Source of the DNA: Escherichia coli
GTDB taxonomy: Bacteria; Pseudomonadota; Gammaproteobacteria; Enterobacterales; Enterobacteriaceae
Direction: 5' to 3' (one strand)
Length of the DNA: 64,000 nucleotides
Assembly (NCBI RefSeq): GCF_003018255.1
Contig: NZ_CP027440.1
Numbering within the stretch: the stretch's first letter is position 1; each line of letters opens with the position of its first letter. Made by a program: the position numbers and the translations under genes. Shown here piece by piece: positions 41,440 to 53,829 of the stretch. A model generated the notes under the pieces. It saw nothing but the letters and a program-made list of their open reading frames with translations, ran no database searches and was not told where the DNA came from.

Positions 41440-42099
41440 ATGTCTGGTTTTTTCCAGCGTCTGTTTGGCAAGGATAATAAGCCTGCTATCGCTCGCGGTC
41501 CTCTGGGACTTCATCTCAATAGTGGCTTTACGCTCGACACGTTAGCGTTTCGTTTGCTGGAAGATGAATTGCTGATTGCGCTGCCGGGTGAGGAATTTAC
41601 GGTAGCCGCTGTCAGCCGCATCGATCTGGGCGGCGGTAGCCAGATTTTCCGCTACTACACTTCAGGCGATGAGTTTCTGCAAATCAATACCACTGGCGGC
41701 GAAGATATTGATGACATTGATGATATCAAGCTCTTTGTCTATGAAGAGAGCTACGGTATCAGTAAAGAGAGTCACTGGCGCGAGGCGATCAATGCCAAAG
41801 CGATGGGGGCAATGACCTTAAACTGGCAGGAAAAACGCTGGCAGCGATTTTTTAATAGCGAAGAACCGGGAAATATCGAACCCGTCTACATGCTGGAAAA
41901 AGTAGAAAATCAAAACCATGCTAAATGGGAGGTCCATAATTTTACCATGGGCTATCAACGGCAAGTGACCGAAGATACTTACGAATATCTGCTGTTAAAT
42001 GGTGAGGAATCTTTTAATGATCTCGGCGAGCCGGAGTGGTTATTTTCGCGCGCGCTGGGGGTCGATATCCCGCTGACATCACTTCATATTATTGGTTAA
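41440..42099 (+). CDS. yjfK: Uncharacterised protein YjfK (DUF2491)
   Basis: ORF track 219 aa. Confidence 0.85.
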   Translation: MSGFFQRLFGKDNKPAIARGPLGLHLNSGFTLDTLAFRLLEDELLIALPGEEFTVAAVSRIDLGGGSQIFRYYTSGDEFLQINTTGGEDIDDIDDIKLFVYEESYGISKESHWREAINAKAMGAMTLNWQEKRWQRFFNSEEPGNIEPVYMLEKVENQNHAKWEVHNFTMGYQRQVTEDTYEYLLLNGEESFNDLGEPEWLFSRALGVDIPLTSLHIIG

Positions 42100-42116
42100 T
42101 TACAAGGACGTTTACG

Positions 42117-42515
42117 ATGCATATACTGGATTCACTTCTTGCCTTTAGCGCTTATTTTTTTATTGGTGTGGCTATGGTGATTATTTTTCTGTTTATCTAC
42201 TCCAAAATTACACCGCACAACGAATGGCAGTTAATCAAAAATAATAACACCGCGGCGGCACTGGCGTTCAGCGGAACATTGTTGGGGTACGTGATCCCCT
42301 TATCCAGTGCGGCAATCAATGCGGTGAGTATTCCAGACTATTTCGCATGGGGCGGGATTGCTCTGGTGATTCAATTACTCGTTTTTGCTGGCGTCAGGCT
42401 TTATATGCCCGCATTAAGCGAAAAAATTATTAATCACAATACCGCAGCAGGAATGTTTATGGGAACCGCCGCGCTGGCTGGCGGTATTTTTAACGCAGCT
42501 TGTATGACATGGTAA
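42117..42515 (+). CDS. yjfL: Inner-membrane protein YjfL (DUF350)
   Basis: ORF track frame; start at ATG 42117 (MHILDSLLAFSAYFFIGVAMV), 132 aa. Confidence 0.85.
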   Translation: MHILDSLLAFSAYFFIGVAMVIIFLFIYSKITPHNEWQLIKNNNTAAALAFSGTLLGYVIPLSSAAINAVSIPDYFAWGGIALVIQLLVFAGVRLYMPALSEKIINHNTAAGMFMGTAALAGGIFNAACMTW

Positions 42516-42524
42516 TGGACGATC

Positions 42525-43163
42525 ATGGCCAGAAAACGCAAATCCAGAAATAACAAAAATATCGGATATGGGGCAATCAGTCGCATTGGTAGACCGCATA
42601 ATCCTTTTGAGCCGCGCCGCAATCGCTACGCACAAAAATACTTAACGTTGGCGCTAATGGGCGGTGCCGCTTTTTTCGTATTGAAAGGTTGTGGCGATAG
42701 TGGCGATGTCGATAACGACGGCGACGGAACGTTTTACGCGACTGTGCAGGATTGTATTGATGACGGTAATAATGCAGACATTTGCGCGCGTGGCTGGAAC
42801 AACGCCAAAGCGGCGTTTTATGCCGATGTTCCGAAGAATATGACTCAGCAGAATTGTCAGTCTAAGTACGAAAATTGCTACTACGACAATGTTGAACAGA
42901 GTTGGATCCCGGTCGTTTCTGGATTTTTGTTAAGCCGGGTTATTCGTAAAGATCGCGATGAGCCGTTCGTCTATAACAGCGGCGGATCCTCATTTGCTTC
43001 GCGCCCCGTCTGGCGCAACACTTCTGGTGATTACTCCTGGCGCTCCGGTTCTGGCAAAAAAGAGTCTTACTCTTCGGGCGGCTTTACCACCAAAAAAGCG
43101 TCAACCGTTTCTCGCGGCGGCTATGGTCGTTCTTCCAGCGCCCGTGGGCATTGGGGAGGCTAA
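42525..43163 (+). CDS. yjfM: Uncharacterised protein YjfM (DUF1190)
   Basis: ORF track 212 aa; N-terminal membrane anchor, Cys-rich segment. Confidence 0.85.
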   Translation: MARKRKSRNNKNIGYGAISRIGRPHNPFEPRRNRYAQKYLTLALMGGAAFFVLKGCGDSGDVDNDGDGTFYATVQDCIDDGNNADICARGWNNAKAAFYADVPKNMTQQNCQSKYENCYYDNVEQSWIPVVSGFLLSRVIRKDRDEPFVYNSGGSSFASRPVWRNTSGDYSWRSGSGKKESYSSGGFTTKKASTVSRGGYGRSSSARGHWGG

Positions 43164-43165
43164 TC

Positions 43166-44329
43166 ATGCTGAGACACAACGTTCCTGTGCGGCGGGATCT
43201 GGACCAGATCGCCGCTGACAACGGTTTCGACTTTCATATCATCGACAATGAAATCTATTGGGACGAGAGTCGAGCTTACCGTTTTACTCTGCGCCAGATT
43301 GAAGAGCAGATCGAAAAACCGACTGCGGAACTGCATCAGATGTGCCTTGAGGTGGTGGATCGCGCGGTTAAAGACGAAGAGATCCTGACGCAACTGGCGA
43401 TCCCGCCGTTGTACTGGGATGTGATCGCCGAAAGCTGGCGCGCACGCGATCCTTCGTTGTATGGCCGTATGGATTTTGCCTGGTGTGGTAATGCACCGGT
43501 TAAGTTGCTGGAGTACAACGCCGATACGCCAACTTCATTGTACGAGTCGGCTTATTTCCAGTGGTTGTGGCTGGAAGATGCCCGGCGCAGCGGCGTTATT
43601 CCGCGCGATGCCGATCAGTACAATGCCATTCAGGAGCGCCTGATTTCACGCTTTAGCGAGCTTTACAGTCGGGAACCGTTTTATTTTTGCTGCTGTCAGG
43701 ACACCGACGAAGACAGGAGTACCGTGCTGTACTTGCAGGACTGCGCCGAGCAGGCAGGGCAGGAGTCGCGGTTTATCTACATTGAAGATCTCGGTTTGGG
43801 CGTCGGCGGTGTGCTGACCGATCTTGATGATAATGTCATCCAGCGTGCATTTAAGCTGTATCCGCTGGAGTGGATGATGCGTGACGATAACGGTCCGCTG
43901 CTGCGCAAGCGTCGCGAGCAATGGGTGGAGCCGTTATGGAAAAGTATCTTGAGTAATAAAGGGCTAATGCCGCTGCTTTGGCGCTTCTTCCCTGGTCATC
44001 CTAACCTTCTTGCATCCTGGTTCGATGGTGAAAAACCGCAGATTGCCGCTGGCGAAAGCTATGTGCGTAAACCGATTTACTCGCGCGAAGGCGGAAACGT
44101 CACCATTTTCGACGGTCAGAATAACGTTGTTGACCACGCTGATGGTGATTACGCCGATGAACCGATGATCTACCAGGCGTTTCAACCTCTGCCGCGATTT
44201 GGCGATAGCTACACACTCATCGGTAGCTGGATTGTCGATGATGAAGCGTGCGGAATGGGGATCCGTGAAGATAACACGTTGATCACCAAAGACACCTCAC
44301 GTTTCGTTCCGCATTACATTGCTGGATAA
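43166..44329 (+). CDS. yjfC: Glutathionylspermidine-synthetase-like ATP-grasp protein YjfC
   Basis: ORF track frame; start at ATG 43166 (MLRHNVPVRRDLDQIAADNG), 387 aa. Confidence 0.88.
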   Translation: MLRHNVPVRRDLDQIAADNGFDFHIIDNEIYWDESRAYRFTLRQIEEQIEKPTAELHQMCLEVVDRAVKDEEILTQLAIPPLYWDVIAESWRARDPSLYGRMDFAWCGNAPVKLLEYNADTPTSLYESAYFQWLWLEDARRSGVIPRDADQYNAIQERLISRFSELYSREPFYFCCCQDTDEDRSTVLYLQDCAEQAGQESRFIYIEDLGLGVGGVLTDLDDNVIQRAFKLYPLEWMMRDDNGPLLRKRREQWVEPLWKSILSNKGLMPLLWRFFPGHPNLLASWFDGEKPQIAAGESYVRKPIYSREGGNVTIFDGQNNVVDHADGDYADEPMIYQAFQPLPRFGDSYTLIGSWIVDDEACGMGIREDNTLITKDTSRFVPHYIAG

Positions 44330-44412
44330 GAATGTTTTAGCAATCTCTTTCTGTCATGAATCCATGGCAGTGACCATACTAATGGTGACTGCCATTGATG
44401 GAGGGAGACACA

Positions 44413-46038
44413 GTGCACTGGCAAACTCACACCGTTTTTAATCAACCTATACCATTAAATAACAGCAACTTATACCTGTCTGATGGCGCGCTCTGCGAAG
44501 CGGTAACGCGTGAAGGTGCTGGCTGGGATAGCGATTTTCTCGCCAGTATTGGTCAGCAGTTAGGGACGGCTGAATCCCTTGAACTGGGGCGGCTGGCGAA
44601 TGTGAATCCGCCTGAATTATTGCGCTACGATGCCCAGGGGCGGCGTCTGGACGATGTGCGTTTTCACCCCGCCTGGCACCTGCTGATGCAGGCGCTATGT
44701 ACCAATCGGGTGCACAATCTTGCCTGGGAAGAAGACGCTCGCTCCGGCGCATTTGTGGCGCGCGCGGCGCGTTTTATGTTGCACGCACAGGTTGAGGCAG
44801 GGTCGTTATGTCCGATAACGATGACCTTTGCCGCCACGCCATTGCTGTTACAGATGTTACCCGCGCCGTTTCAGGACTGGACCACGCCGCTGTTGAGCGA
44901 TCGCTACGATTCTCACTTATTGCCAGGTGGGCAAAAACGCGGTTTGTTGATTGGCATGGGAATGACGGAAAAACAGGGCGGTTCCGATGTCATGAGCAAC
45001 ACCACCCGCGCAGAGCGCATGGAAGATGGCTCTTATCGGCTGGTGGGGCATAAATGGTTTTTCTCGGTGCCGCAAAGCGATGCGCATCTGGTGCTGGCGC
45101 AGACTACGGGCGGTTTGTCCTGCTTTTTTGTGCCGCGCTTTTTGCCTGACGGGCAACGCAACGCGATTCGCCTCGAGCGGCTGAAAGATAAGCTGGGTAA
45201 TCGCTCTAACGCCAGCTGCGAAGTGGAGTTTCAGGATGCCATTGGCTGGTTGTTGGGGCAGGAAGGGGAAGGAATTCGTCTGATCCTGAAAATGGGTGGG
45301 ATGACGCGTTTTGATTGCGCCCTGGGTAGCCATGCCATGATGCGCCGTGCATTTTCGCTAGCGATTTATCATGCACATCAACGCCATGTTTTTGGTAATC
45401 CATTGATCCAACAGCCCCTTATGCGTCATGTCTTAAGTCGCATGGCACTTCAGCTTGAAGGGCAAACGGCGTTGCTGTTTCGTCTTGCTCGAGCGTGGGA
45501 CCGGCGTGCCGATGCCAAAGAAGCCCTGTGGGCGCGTTTATTTACGCCTGCGGCGAAATTTGTGATCTGCAAACGAGGTATGCCGTTTGTGGCCGAAGCG
45601 ATGGAGGTGCTGGGCGGCATTGGTTATTGCGAGGAGAGCGAGCTGCCGCGGCTTTACCGGGAGATGCCGGTAAACAGTATTTGGGAAGGTTCCGGTAATA
45701 TTATGTGCCTGGATGTACTGCGCGTGCTCAATAAGCAAGCGGGTGTATACGACTTATTGTCGGAAGCATTTGTGGAAGTGAAAGGGCAGGATCGCTATTT
45801 TGATCGCGCGGTTCGTCGTTTACAGCAGCAGCTGCGTAAGCCAGCTGAAGAACTGGGGCGAGAGATTACTCATCAGCTATTCCTGCTGGGCTGCGGTGCG
45901 CAAATGTTGAAATATGCCTCTCCGCCAATGGCGCAGGCGTGGTGTCAGGTGATGTTAGATACGCGCGGCGGCGTACGGTTGTCAGAGCAGATCCAGAATG
46001 ATTTATTGCTGCGGGCGACGGGAGGAGTGTGTTTGTAA
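44413..46038 (+). CDS. aidB: Adaptive-response protein AidB (acyl-CoA dehydrogenase family)
   Basis: ORF track frame; GTG start at 44413 with RBS gagggag, giving MHWQTHTVFNQPIPL, 541 aa. Confidence 0.93.
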   Translation: MHWQTHTVFNQPIPLNNSNLYLSDGALCEAVTREGAGWDSDFLASIGQQLGTAESLELGRLANVNPPELLRYDAQGRRLDDVRFHPAWHLLMQALCTNRVHNLAWEEDARSGAFVARAARFMLHAQVEAGSLCPITMTFAATPLLLQMLPAPFQDWTTPLLSDRYDSHLLPGGQKRGLLIGMGMTEKQGGSDVMSNTTRAERMEDGSYRLVGHKWFFSVPQSDAHLVLAQTTGGLSCFFVPRFLPDGQRNAIRLERLKDKLGNRSNASCEVEFQDAIGWLLGQEGEGIRLILKMGGMTRFDCALGSHAMMRRAFSLAIYHAHQRHVFGNPLIQQPLMRHVLSRMALQLEGQTALLFRLARAWDRRADAKEALWARLFTPAAKFVICKRGMPFVAEAMEVLGGIGYCEESELPRLYREMPVNSIWEGSGNIMCLDVLRVLNKQAGVYDLLSEAFVEVKGQDRYFDRAVRRLQQQLRKPAEELGREITHQLFLLGCGAQMLKYASPPMAQAWCQVMLDTRGGVRLSEQIQNDLLLRATGGVCL

Positions 46039-46090
46039 GCGTATACGACGCTGGTTTCGATTAACTCAATGAAATATGTGAAAATTGTTA

Positions 46091-46120
46091 GCCGGACAAG
46101 GCGCTCGCGCCGCATCCGGC
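46091..46120. repeat. REP element
   Basis: gccggacaaggcgctcgcgccgcatccggc matches the REP palindromic unit; in the aidB/yjfN convergent gap. Confidence 0.7.
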
Positions 46121-46145
46121 ATTGTTCATTTGCTGTAGATGACAC

Positions 46146-46421
46146 TCACGCATACAGGATCGCCTGTACGCGCCAGTTATCAGGCTGCTGGTCTTCGTAC
46201 ATGGTAATAATGCGGTACCATGACGCACCTTGTTCATCAGCCTTTAACGCCACGATACGTTCCACGTCCTGCGGATCCCCTGAAATATTGCTAACTGAGA
46301 TCTGACCTATTTCATTCAGGCCTGTCACGCAGTCAGCACTGGCGAATTCTGCAGACTGTGCCGTGGCGCTCGCAGGATAAGTCACTAATTGCAGCGAGGA
46401 TGAGGCAAGGAATTGTTTCAT
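46146..46421 (-). CDS. yjfN: DUF1471-family periplasmic protein YjfN
   Basis: ORF track frame; start at MKQFLASSSLQLVT (ATG revcomp 46419..46421), 91 aa. Confidence 0.85.
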   Translation of the reverse strand: MKQFLASSSLQLVTYPASATAQSAEFASADCVTGLNEIGQISVSNISGDPQDVERIVALKADEQGASWYRIITMYEDQQPDNWRVQAILYA

Positions 46422-46569
46422 CGTCAGCTCCATTTTTCGTTTCCCCACATGTTGCAGGGCATTCCATCGCGGTAATAAACGCCCAGGCTTCCAGCCGGTA
46501 ATTTATTGTGCACAGGTAAACGCATAGGGACGCAAAGCAATGTAAAGCTGACTATGTAAGTTGTCTGAT

Positions 46570-46899
46570 TTATTTACGGTACAAAATGGCTTGTGAATAC
46601 CACTGTCCTGTGACGATGGTTTCGTCCACCATGACGACAACGTAATAATCAGCTTTTGCAGCGACAGCTTTCGCTCTGATTTCTGCTAATGCGTCATCCG
46701 GAGAACCCCGAACCATCGTGCTTACGCTACCTATTCGCTGTAACCCTTGCGTCTGGTCGCGGCGAATCTCTTGCGGATGGTCGGTTACTGGCGGTGCTGG
46801 CTGTGGCGTACCTTGTAGTGCGCTACAGGCACTTAACATCAACACCAATAATAAACTGGCAAACCGGTAAATAACGCTATTACGTTTCCTGCTAACCAT
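46570..46899 (-). CDS. bsmA: Biofilm/stress lipoprotein BsmA (YjfO), DUF1471 family
   Basis: ORF track frame; start at MVSRKRNSVIYRFASLLLVLMLSACS (ATG revcomp 46897..46899), 109 aa. Confidence 0.85.
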   Translation of the reverse strand: MVSRKRNSVIYRFASLLLVLMLSACSALQGTPQPAPPVTDHPQEIRRDQTQGLQRIGSVSTMVRGSPDDALAEIRAKAVAAKADYYVVVMVDETIVTGQWYSQAILYRK

Positions 46900-47080
46900 A
46901 GTGTAGTGCCTTATTAATTTAACTTTGGGGGAATGTTCCCGAATTGTTACCTGGTACGCGATTTTCGAATGAAAACGTGATGAAAGCGTAACCCACATCT
47001 CAACATTATGAACTAATACCGCCAGCAGAAACTTGTGCTAAGGATTTCTTCATGTCATACCAGACAAAAAGGAGAGACAG

Positions 47081-47830
47081 ATGATTGAAATAGAATCACG
47101 CGAGCTGGCAGATATTCCCGTTCTTCATGCTTATCCTGTCGGGCAAAAAGATACCCCGTTACCGTGCGCGATTTTTTATCACGGCTTTACTTCGTCCAGT
47201 CTGGTGTATAGCTATTTTGCCGTTGCGCTGGCGCAGGCTGGTTTGCGGGTGATCATGCCGGATGCGCCCGATCACGGTAGTCGTTTTAGTGGCGACGCAG
47301 CGCGGCGGTTAAATCAATTCTGGCAAATCTTGCTACAAAGTATGCAGGAATTCACTACTTTACGTGCGGCAATAGCCGAAGAAAACTGGCTGCGTGATGA
47401 CCGTCTGGCAGTCGGTGGCGCGTCGATGGGCGCGATGACGGCACTGGGAATTACCGCTCGCCACTCCACGGTGAAATGTACCGCCAGCATGATGGGATCG
47501 GGCTATTTTACATCGCTCGCCCGTTCACTGTTTCCACCGCTGATACCTGAAACGGCAGCACAGCAGAATGAATTCAATAACATTGTCGCGCCGCTGGCAG
47601 AGTGGGAAGCGACAAACCACCTGGAACAACTTGCTGACAGACCTCTACTGCTGTGGCATGGCCTTGACGATGACGTCGTGCCTGCCGACGAATCACTACG
47701 TTTGCAGCAGGCCTTAAGCGAGACGGGACGGGATAAACTGCTAACCTGTTCATGGCAGCCAGGCGTGCGTCACCGCATTACGCCTGAGGCGTTAGATGCT
47801 GCCGTGACATTTTTCCGCCAGCATCTTTAA
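47081..47830 (+). CDS. yjfP: Alpha/beta-hydrolase esterase YjfP
   Basis: ORF track 249 aa; GASMG nucleophile-elbow motif. Confidence 0.9.
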
Positions 47831-48582
47831 ACACGCAGAATGCTGACCCCTTGCGCTTCCAGTTGTTGCAGGATTTCCGGGTTAGCATTTTTGCCGGTGA
47901 TCAGCATATCGATTTGATCGGCACGGCTAAAAAGCATTCCCGCGCGTTCGCCGATCTTACTGCTATCAACCAGTACCACCAGTTTCCCTACCACGCTTAG
48001 CATCTTCTGCTCTGCCATTGCCGTCAGCATATCGGTTTTATACAACCCTTCTGCTGTCAGCCCTTTGCCGCTGGTAAACATCCAGTGCCCGGCATAGAGA
48101 CTGTTTTCGCTGCCTTGCGGGCTTAAAGTGATGGACTGACTTTTGTTGTACTGTCCGCCCATAATGATCACGCTGTCATGCTCCTGATCGATCAGGTAAT
48201 TTGCCAGCGGTAGATAATTAGTGATGATTTGCACTGGCTTGCCACACATTTCCCGCCCAAGCAGAAACGCGGTGGAGCCGCAGTTGATGACTACGCTTTC
48301 GCCCGGATTAACCAGCTGCGAGGCCGCTTTAGCAATACGTACTTTTTCATCGTGATTCTGCGCCTGATGCAGATTCATCGGCGTCCAGCGTGGGCGCTGC
48401 TGGGTAATAGCTTCTGCGCCATTGCGCACTTTTTTCAGTTTGCCGCTTTCGTCAAGTTTATTGATATCGCGTCGCGCAGTGGCAGGCGAAATTCCCAGAC
48501 GCTCAACGACTTTCTCAACGGTCACAAAGCCCAATTGTGCGAGCATTTCCAGGAGGATTTGATGTCTTTGTGCTTCAGTCAT
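47827..48582 (-). CDS. ulaR: DeoR-family repressor of the ascorbate regulon UlaR
   Basis: ORF track 251 aa; recognised as UlaR. Confidence 0.93.
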
Positions 48583-48689
48583 GAGCTATTCCGATAAAAT
48601 TTGATTTTTTTAGATGATATTTGAAATAGCCAGGAAATACTACGCCGGATAGCGCGAACTACTCCACGCTATCCGGTACAAGCGACAGA

Positions 48690-49754
48690 TTACAGGAACG
48701 ACTTGAACGGCAGATCCGGTTCAATAGTGAAGCAATCATCGAAACCACGCGGATAGTGGTACTCGAAGTTGTCTTTATCCAGCGGCCAGGTAAATTTGCC
48801 GCCGACCTGCCAGATAAACGGCTTGAAGCCATACTTCAGGCGATCTTTTTTCATCTCCCACAGCACGCGGATCTCTTGCGGATCGGCCTGGAAGTTTGAC
48901 CAGATATCGTGGTGGAACGGGATCACTACTTTAGCATTCAGCGCTTCGCCCATACGCAAGATATCAGCACTGGTCATTTTGTCGGTAATACCGCGTGGGT
49001 TTTCGCCGTATGAACCTAAAGCCACGTCGATCTGATGCTCGTTGCCATGTTTTGCATAGTAGTTAGAGTAGTGGGAATCGCCGCTGTGATACAGAGAACC
49101 GCCCGGTGTTTTGAACAGATAGTTTACTGCGCGATCGTCCATGCCGTCTGGCAGCACGCCAGCCGCTTTTTGATCCGCTGGTAGGGTGATCAGTGCAGTA
49201 CGGTCGAACGCGTCAAGGGCATGAATTTCAATGTCTTTCACTTTTACGACATCGCCCGGTTTGACCACGATGCAACGCTCTTTCGGTACGCCCCAGCCAA
49301 TCCATAAATCCACGCAGGTTTTCGGTCCGATAAACGGTACGTCATCAGCACAGTTCTGCATCACGGCAGCAGCGACGTTGACGTCGATATGATCGTTGTG
49401 ATCGTGAGTTGCCAGTACCGCGTCGATCTGGCGAATCGCAAACGGATCAAGAACAAACGGGGTGGTGCGCAGGTTTGGCTGCAGTTTTTTCACGCCAGCC
49501 ATGCGCTGCATCTGGTGACCCTGTTTCATCAGCGGGTTACCGTGACTTTGTTTGCCAGTACCGCACCAGAAATCAACGCAAACGTTGGTGCCACCTTCCG
49601 ATTTCAGCCAGATCCCGGTGCAGCCTAGCCACCACATCGCGAATGTGCCAGGGGCGACCTGCTCTTGTTCAATTTCTTCATTCAGCCAGCTACCCCACTC
49701 CGGGAAAGTGCTCAGGATCCAGGATTCTCGGGTGATACTTTTCACTTTACTCAT
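48690..49754 (-). CDS. ulaG: L-ascorbate-6-phosphate lactonase UlaG
   Basis: ORF track frame; start at [12 protein letters not shown] (ATG revcomp 49752..49754), metallo-beta-lactamase HxHxDH motif. Confidence 0.93.
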   Translation of the reverse strand: MSKVKSITRESWILSTFPEWGSWLNEEIEQEQVAPGTFAMWWLGCTGIWLKSEGGTNVCVDFWCGTGKQSHGNPLMKQGHQMQRMAGVKKLQPNLRTTPFVLDPFAIRQIDAVLATHDHNDHIDVNVAAAVMQNCADDVPFIGPKTCVDLWIGWGVPKERCIVVKPGDVVKVKDIEIHALDAFDRTALITLPADQKAAGVLPDGMDDRAVNYLFKTPGGSLYHSGDSHYSNYYAKHGNEHQIDVALGSYGENPRGITDKMTSADILRMGEALNAKVVIPFHHDIWSNFQADPQEIRVLWEMKKDRLKYGFKPFIWQVGGKFTWPLDKDNFEYHYPRGFDDCFTIEPDLPFKSFL

Positions 49755-51506
<1,752 letters not shown>

Positions 51507-51521
51507 TAAGGAGTTTTGATT

Positions 51522-51827
51522 ATGACCGTACGTATTCTGGCTGTGTGTGGCAACGGACAAGGCAGTTCCATGATCATGAAAATGAAAGTGGACCAGTTTT
51601 TAACCCAGTCGAACATTGACCACACGGTAAACAGCTGCGCGGTTGGCGAATACAAAAGCGAGTTGAGCGGCGCGGATATCATCATCGCTTCTACCCATAT
51701 TGCGGGCGAAATCACTGTGACCGGCAACAAATATGTGGTTGGCGTGCGCAATATGCTCTCTCCTGCCGACTTTGGCCCGAAATTGCTGGAAGTGATCAAA
51801 GAGCATTTTCCGCAGGACGTGAAGTAA
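51522..51827 (+). CDS. ulaB: Ascorbate PTS EIIB
   Basis: ORF track frame; start at ATG 51522 ([16 protein letters not shown]), 101 aa. Confidence 0.95.
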
Positions 51828-51836
51828 GGACGCGCC

Positions 51837-52301
51837 ATGAAATTACGTGATTCGCTGGCGGAGAATAAATCCATCCGCCTGCAGGCTGAAGCTGAGACAT
51901 GGCAGGACGCAGTAAAAATCGGCGTTGACCTGCTGGTGGCGGCGGATGTTGTCGAGCCGCGTTACTACCAGGCGATTCTGGATGCGGTTGAACAGCACGG
52001 TCCGTACTTTGTGCTCGCACCCGGCCTGGCAATGCCGCACGGTCGCCCGGAAGAGGGCGTTAAGAAAACCGGTTTTGCGCTGGTGACGCTGAAAAAGCCG
52101 CTGGAGTTCAACCACGAAGATAACGATCCGGTGGATATCCTCATCACCATGGCGGCGGTCGATGCCAACACTCACCAGGAAGTGGGCATCATGCAGATCG
52201 TCAATCTGTTTGAAGATGAAGAGAATTTCGACCGTTTACGTGCCTGCCGTACCGAGCAGGAAGTACTGGATCTCATTGACCGCACCAACGCGGCAGCTTA
52301 A
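51837..52301 (+). CDS. ulaC: Ascorbate PTS EIIA
   Basis: ORF track 154 aa. Confidence 0.95.
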   Translation: MKLRDSLAENKSIRLQAEAETWQDAVKIGVDLLVAADVVEPRYYQAILDAVEQHGPYFVLAPGLAMPHGRPEEGVKKTGFALVTLKKPLEFNHEDNDPVDILITMAAVDANTHQEVGIMQIVNLFEDEENFDRLRACRTEQEVLDLIDRTNAAA

Positions 52302-52314
52302 GAAGGAATTGAAA

Positions 52315-52965
52315 ATGTCATTACCGATGTTGCAGGTCGCGCTGGACAACCAGACTATGGATAGCGCCTATGAAACCACTCGCCTGATTGCCGAAGAAGT
52401 CGACATTATCGAAGTGGGTACCATTCTGTGCGTGGGCGAAGGCGTGCGTGCGGTTCGCGATCTGAAAGCGCTTTACCCGCACAAAATCGTACTGGCAGAC
52501 GCCAAAATTGCCGATGCGGGCAAAATCCTTTCTCGTATGTGCTTCGAAGCTAACGCTGACTGGGTGACCGTGATTTGCTGTGCGGATATCAACACAGCTA
52601 AAGGTGCGCTGGACGTGGCAAAAGAGTTTAACGGCGACGTGCAGATCGAACTGACCGGTTACTGGACCTGGGAACAGGCGCAACAGTGGCGCGACGCAGG
52701 CATTGGGCAGGTGGTTTATCACCGCAGCCGTGACGCACAGGCCGCAGGTGTGGCGTGGGGCGAAGCGGACATTACCGCGATCAAACGTCTTTCCGATATG
52801 GGCTTCAAAGTCACCGTCACCGGTGGTCTGGCGCTGGAAGATCTGCCGTTGTTTAAAGGCATTCCGATTCATGTGTTTATCGCTGGTCGCAGCATTCGTG
52901 ATGCCGCTTCTCCGGTGGAGGCCGCACGTCAGTTCAAACGTTCCATCGCTGAACTGTGGGGCTAA
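52315..52965 (+). CDS. ulaD: 3-keto-L-gulonate-6-phosphate decarboxylase UlaD
   Basis: ORF track frame; start at ATG 52315 ([19 protein letters not shown]), 216 aa. Confidence 0.95.
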   Translation: MSLPMLQVALDNQTMDSAYETTRLIAEEVDIIEVGTILCVGEGVRAVRDLKALYPHKIVLADAKIADAGKILSRMCFEANADWVTVICCADINTAKGALDVAKEFNGDVQIELTGYWTWEQAQQWRDAGIGQVVYHRSRDAQAAGVAWGEADITAIKRLSDMGFKVTVTGGLALEDLPLFKGIPIHVFIAGRSIRDAASPVEAARQFKRSIAELWG

Positions 52966-52974
52966 GGAGCGGAT

Positions 52975-53829
52975 ATGTTGTCCAAACAAATCCCGCTTGG
53001 CATCTATGAAAAAGCGCTCCCCGCCGGGGAGTGCTGGCTGGAACGGCTGCAACTGGCAAAAACGTTAGGCTTCGATTTTGTCGAGATTTCGGTAGATGAA
53101 ACGGACGATCGCCTGTCGCGCCTCGACTGGAGCCGCGAGCAGCGTCTGGCGCTGGTGAACGCGATTGTTGAAACCGGCGTGCGCGTGCCGTCCATGTGCC
53201 TTTCTGCTCATCGTCGTTTCCCGCTGGGCAGCGAAGATGACGCAGTGCGGGCGCAGGGGCTGGAGATTATGCGCAAAGCTATCCAGTTCGCCCAGGATGT
53301 CGGTATTCGCGTGATCCAACTGGCGGGCTACGACGTTTACTATCAGGAAGCCAATAACGAAACGCGTCGTCGTTTCCGTGACGGCCTGAAAGAGAGCGTT
53401 GAGATGGCAAGCCGCGCGCAGGTGACGCTGGCGATGGAGATCATGGATTACCCGTTGATGAACTCCATCAGCAAGGCGCTGGGTTACGCGCACTATCTTA
53501 ACAACCCGTGGTTCCAGCTCTACCCGGATATCGGCAACTTGTCGGCGTGGGACAACGACGTGCAGATGGAGTTGCAGGCCGGGATCGGGCATATCGTCGC
53601 GGTGCATGTGAAAGACACCAAACCAGGCGTCTTCAAAAACGTCCCGTTTGGCGAAGGTGTAGTGGATTTCGAACGTTGCTTCGAAACGCTCAAACAGAGT
53701 GGTTATTGCGGGCCGTACCTGATTGAGATGTGGAGCGAAACGGCGGAAGACCCGGCGGCAGAAGTGGCGAAAGCGCGTGATTGGGTGAAAGCGCGCATGG
53801 CCAAAGCCGGCATGGTGGAGGCGGCATAA
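52975..53829 (+). CDS. ulaE: L-ribulose-5-phosphate 3-epimerase UlaE
   Basis: ORF track 284 aa. Confidence 0.95.
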   Translation: MLSKQIPLGIYEKALPAGECWLERLQLAKTLGFDFVEISVDETDDRLSRLDWSREQRLALVNAIVETGVRVPSMCLSAHRRFPLGSEDDAVRAQGLEIMRKAIQFAQDVGIRVIQLAGYDVYYQEANNETRRRFRDGLKESVEMASRAQVTLAMEIMDYPLMNSISKALGYAHYLNNPWFQLYPDIGNLSAWDNDVQMELQAGIGHIVAVHVKDTKPGVFKNVPFGEGVVDFERCFETLKQSGYCGPYLIEMWSETAEDPAAEVAKARDWVKARMAKAGMVEAA

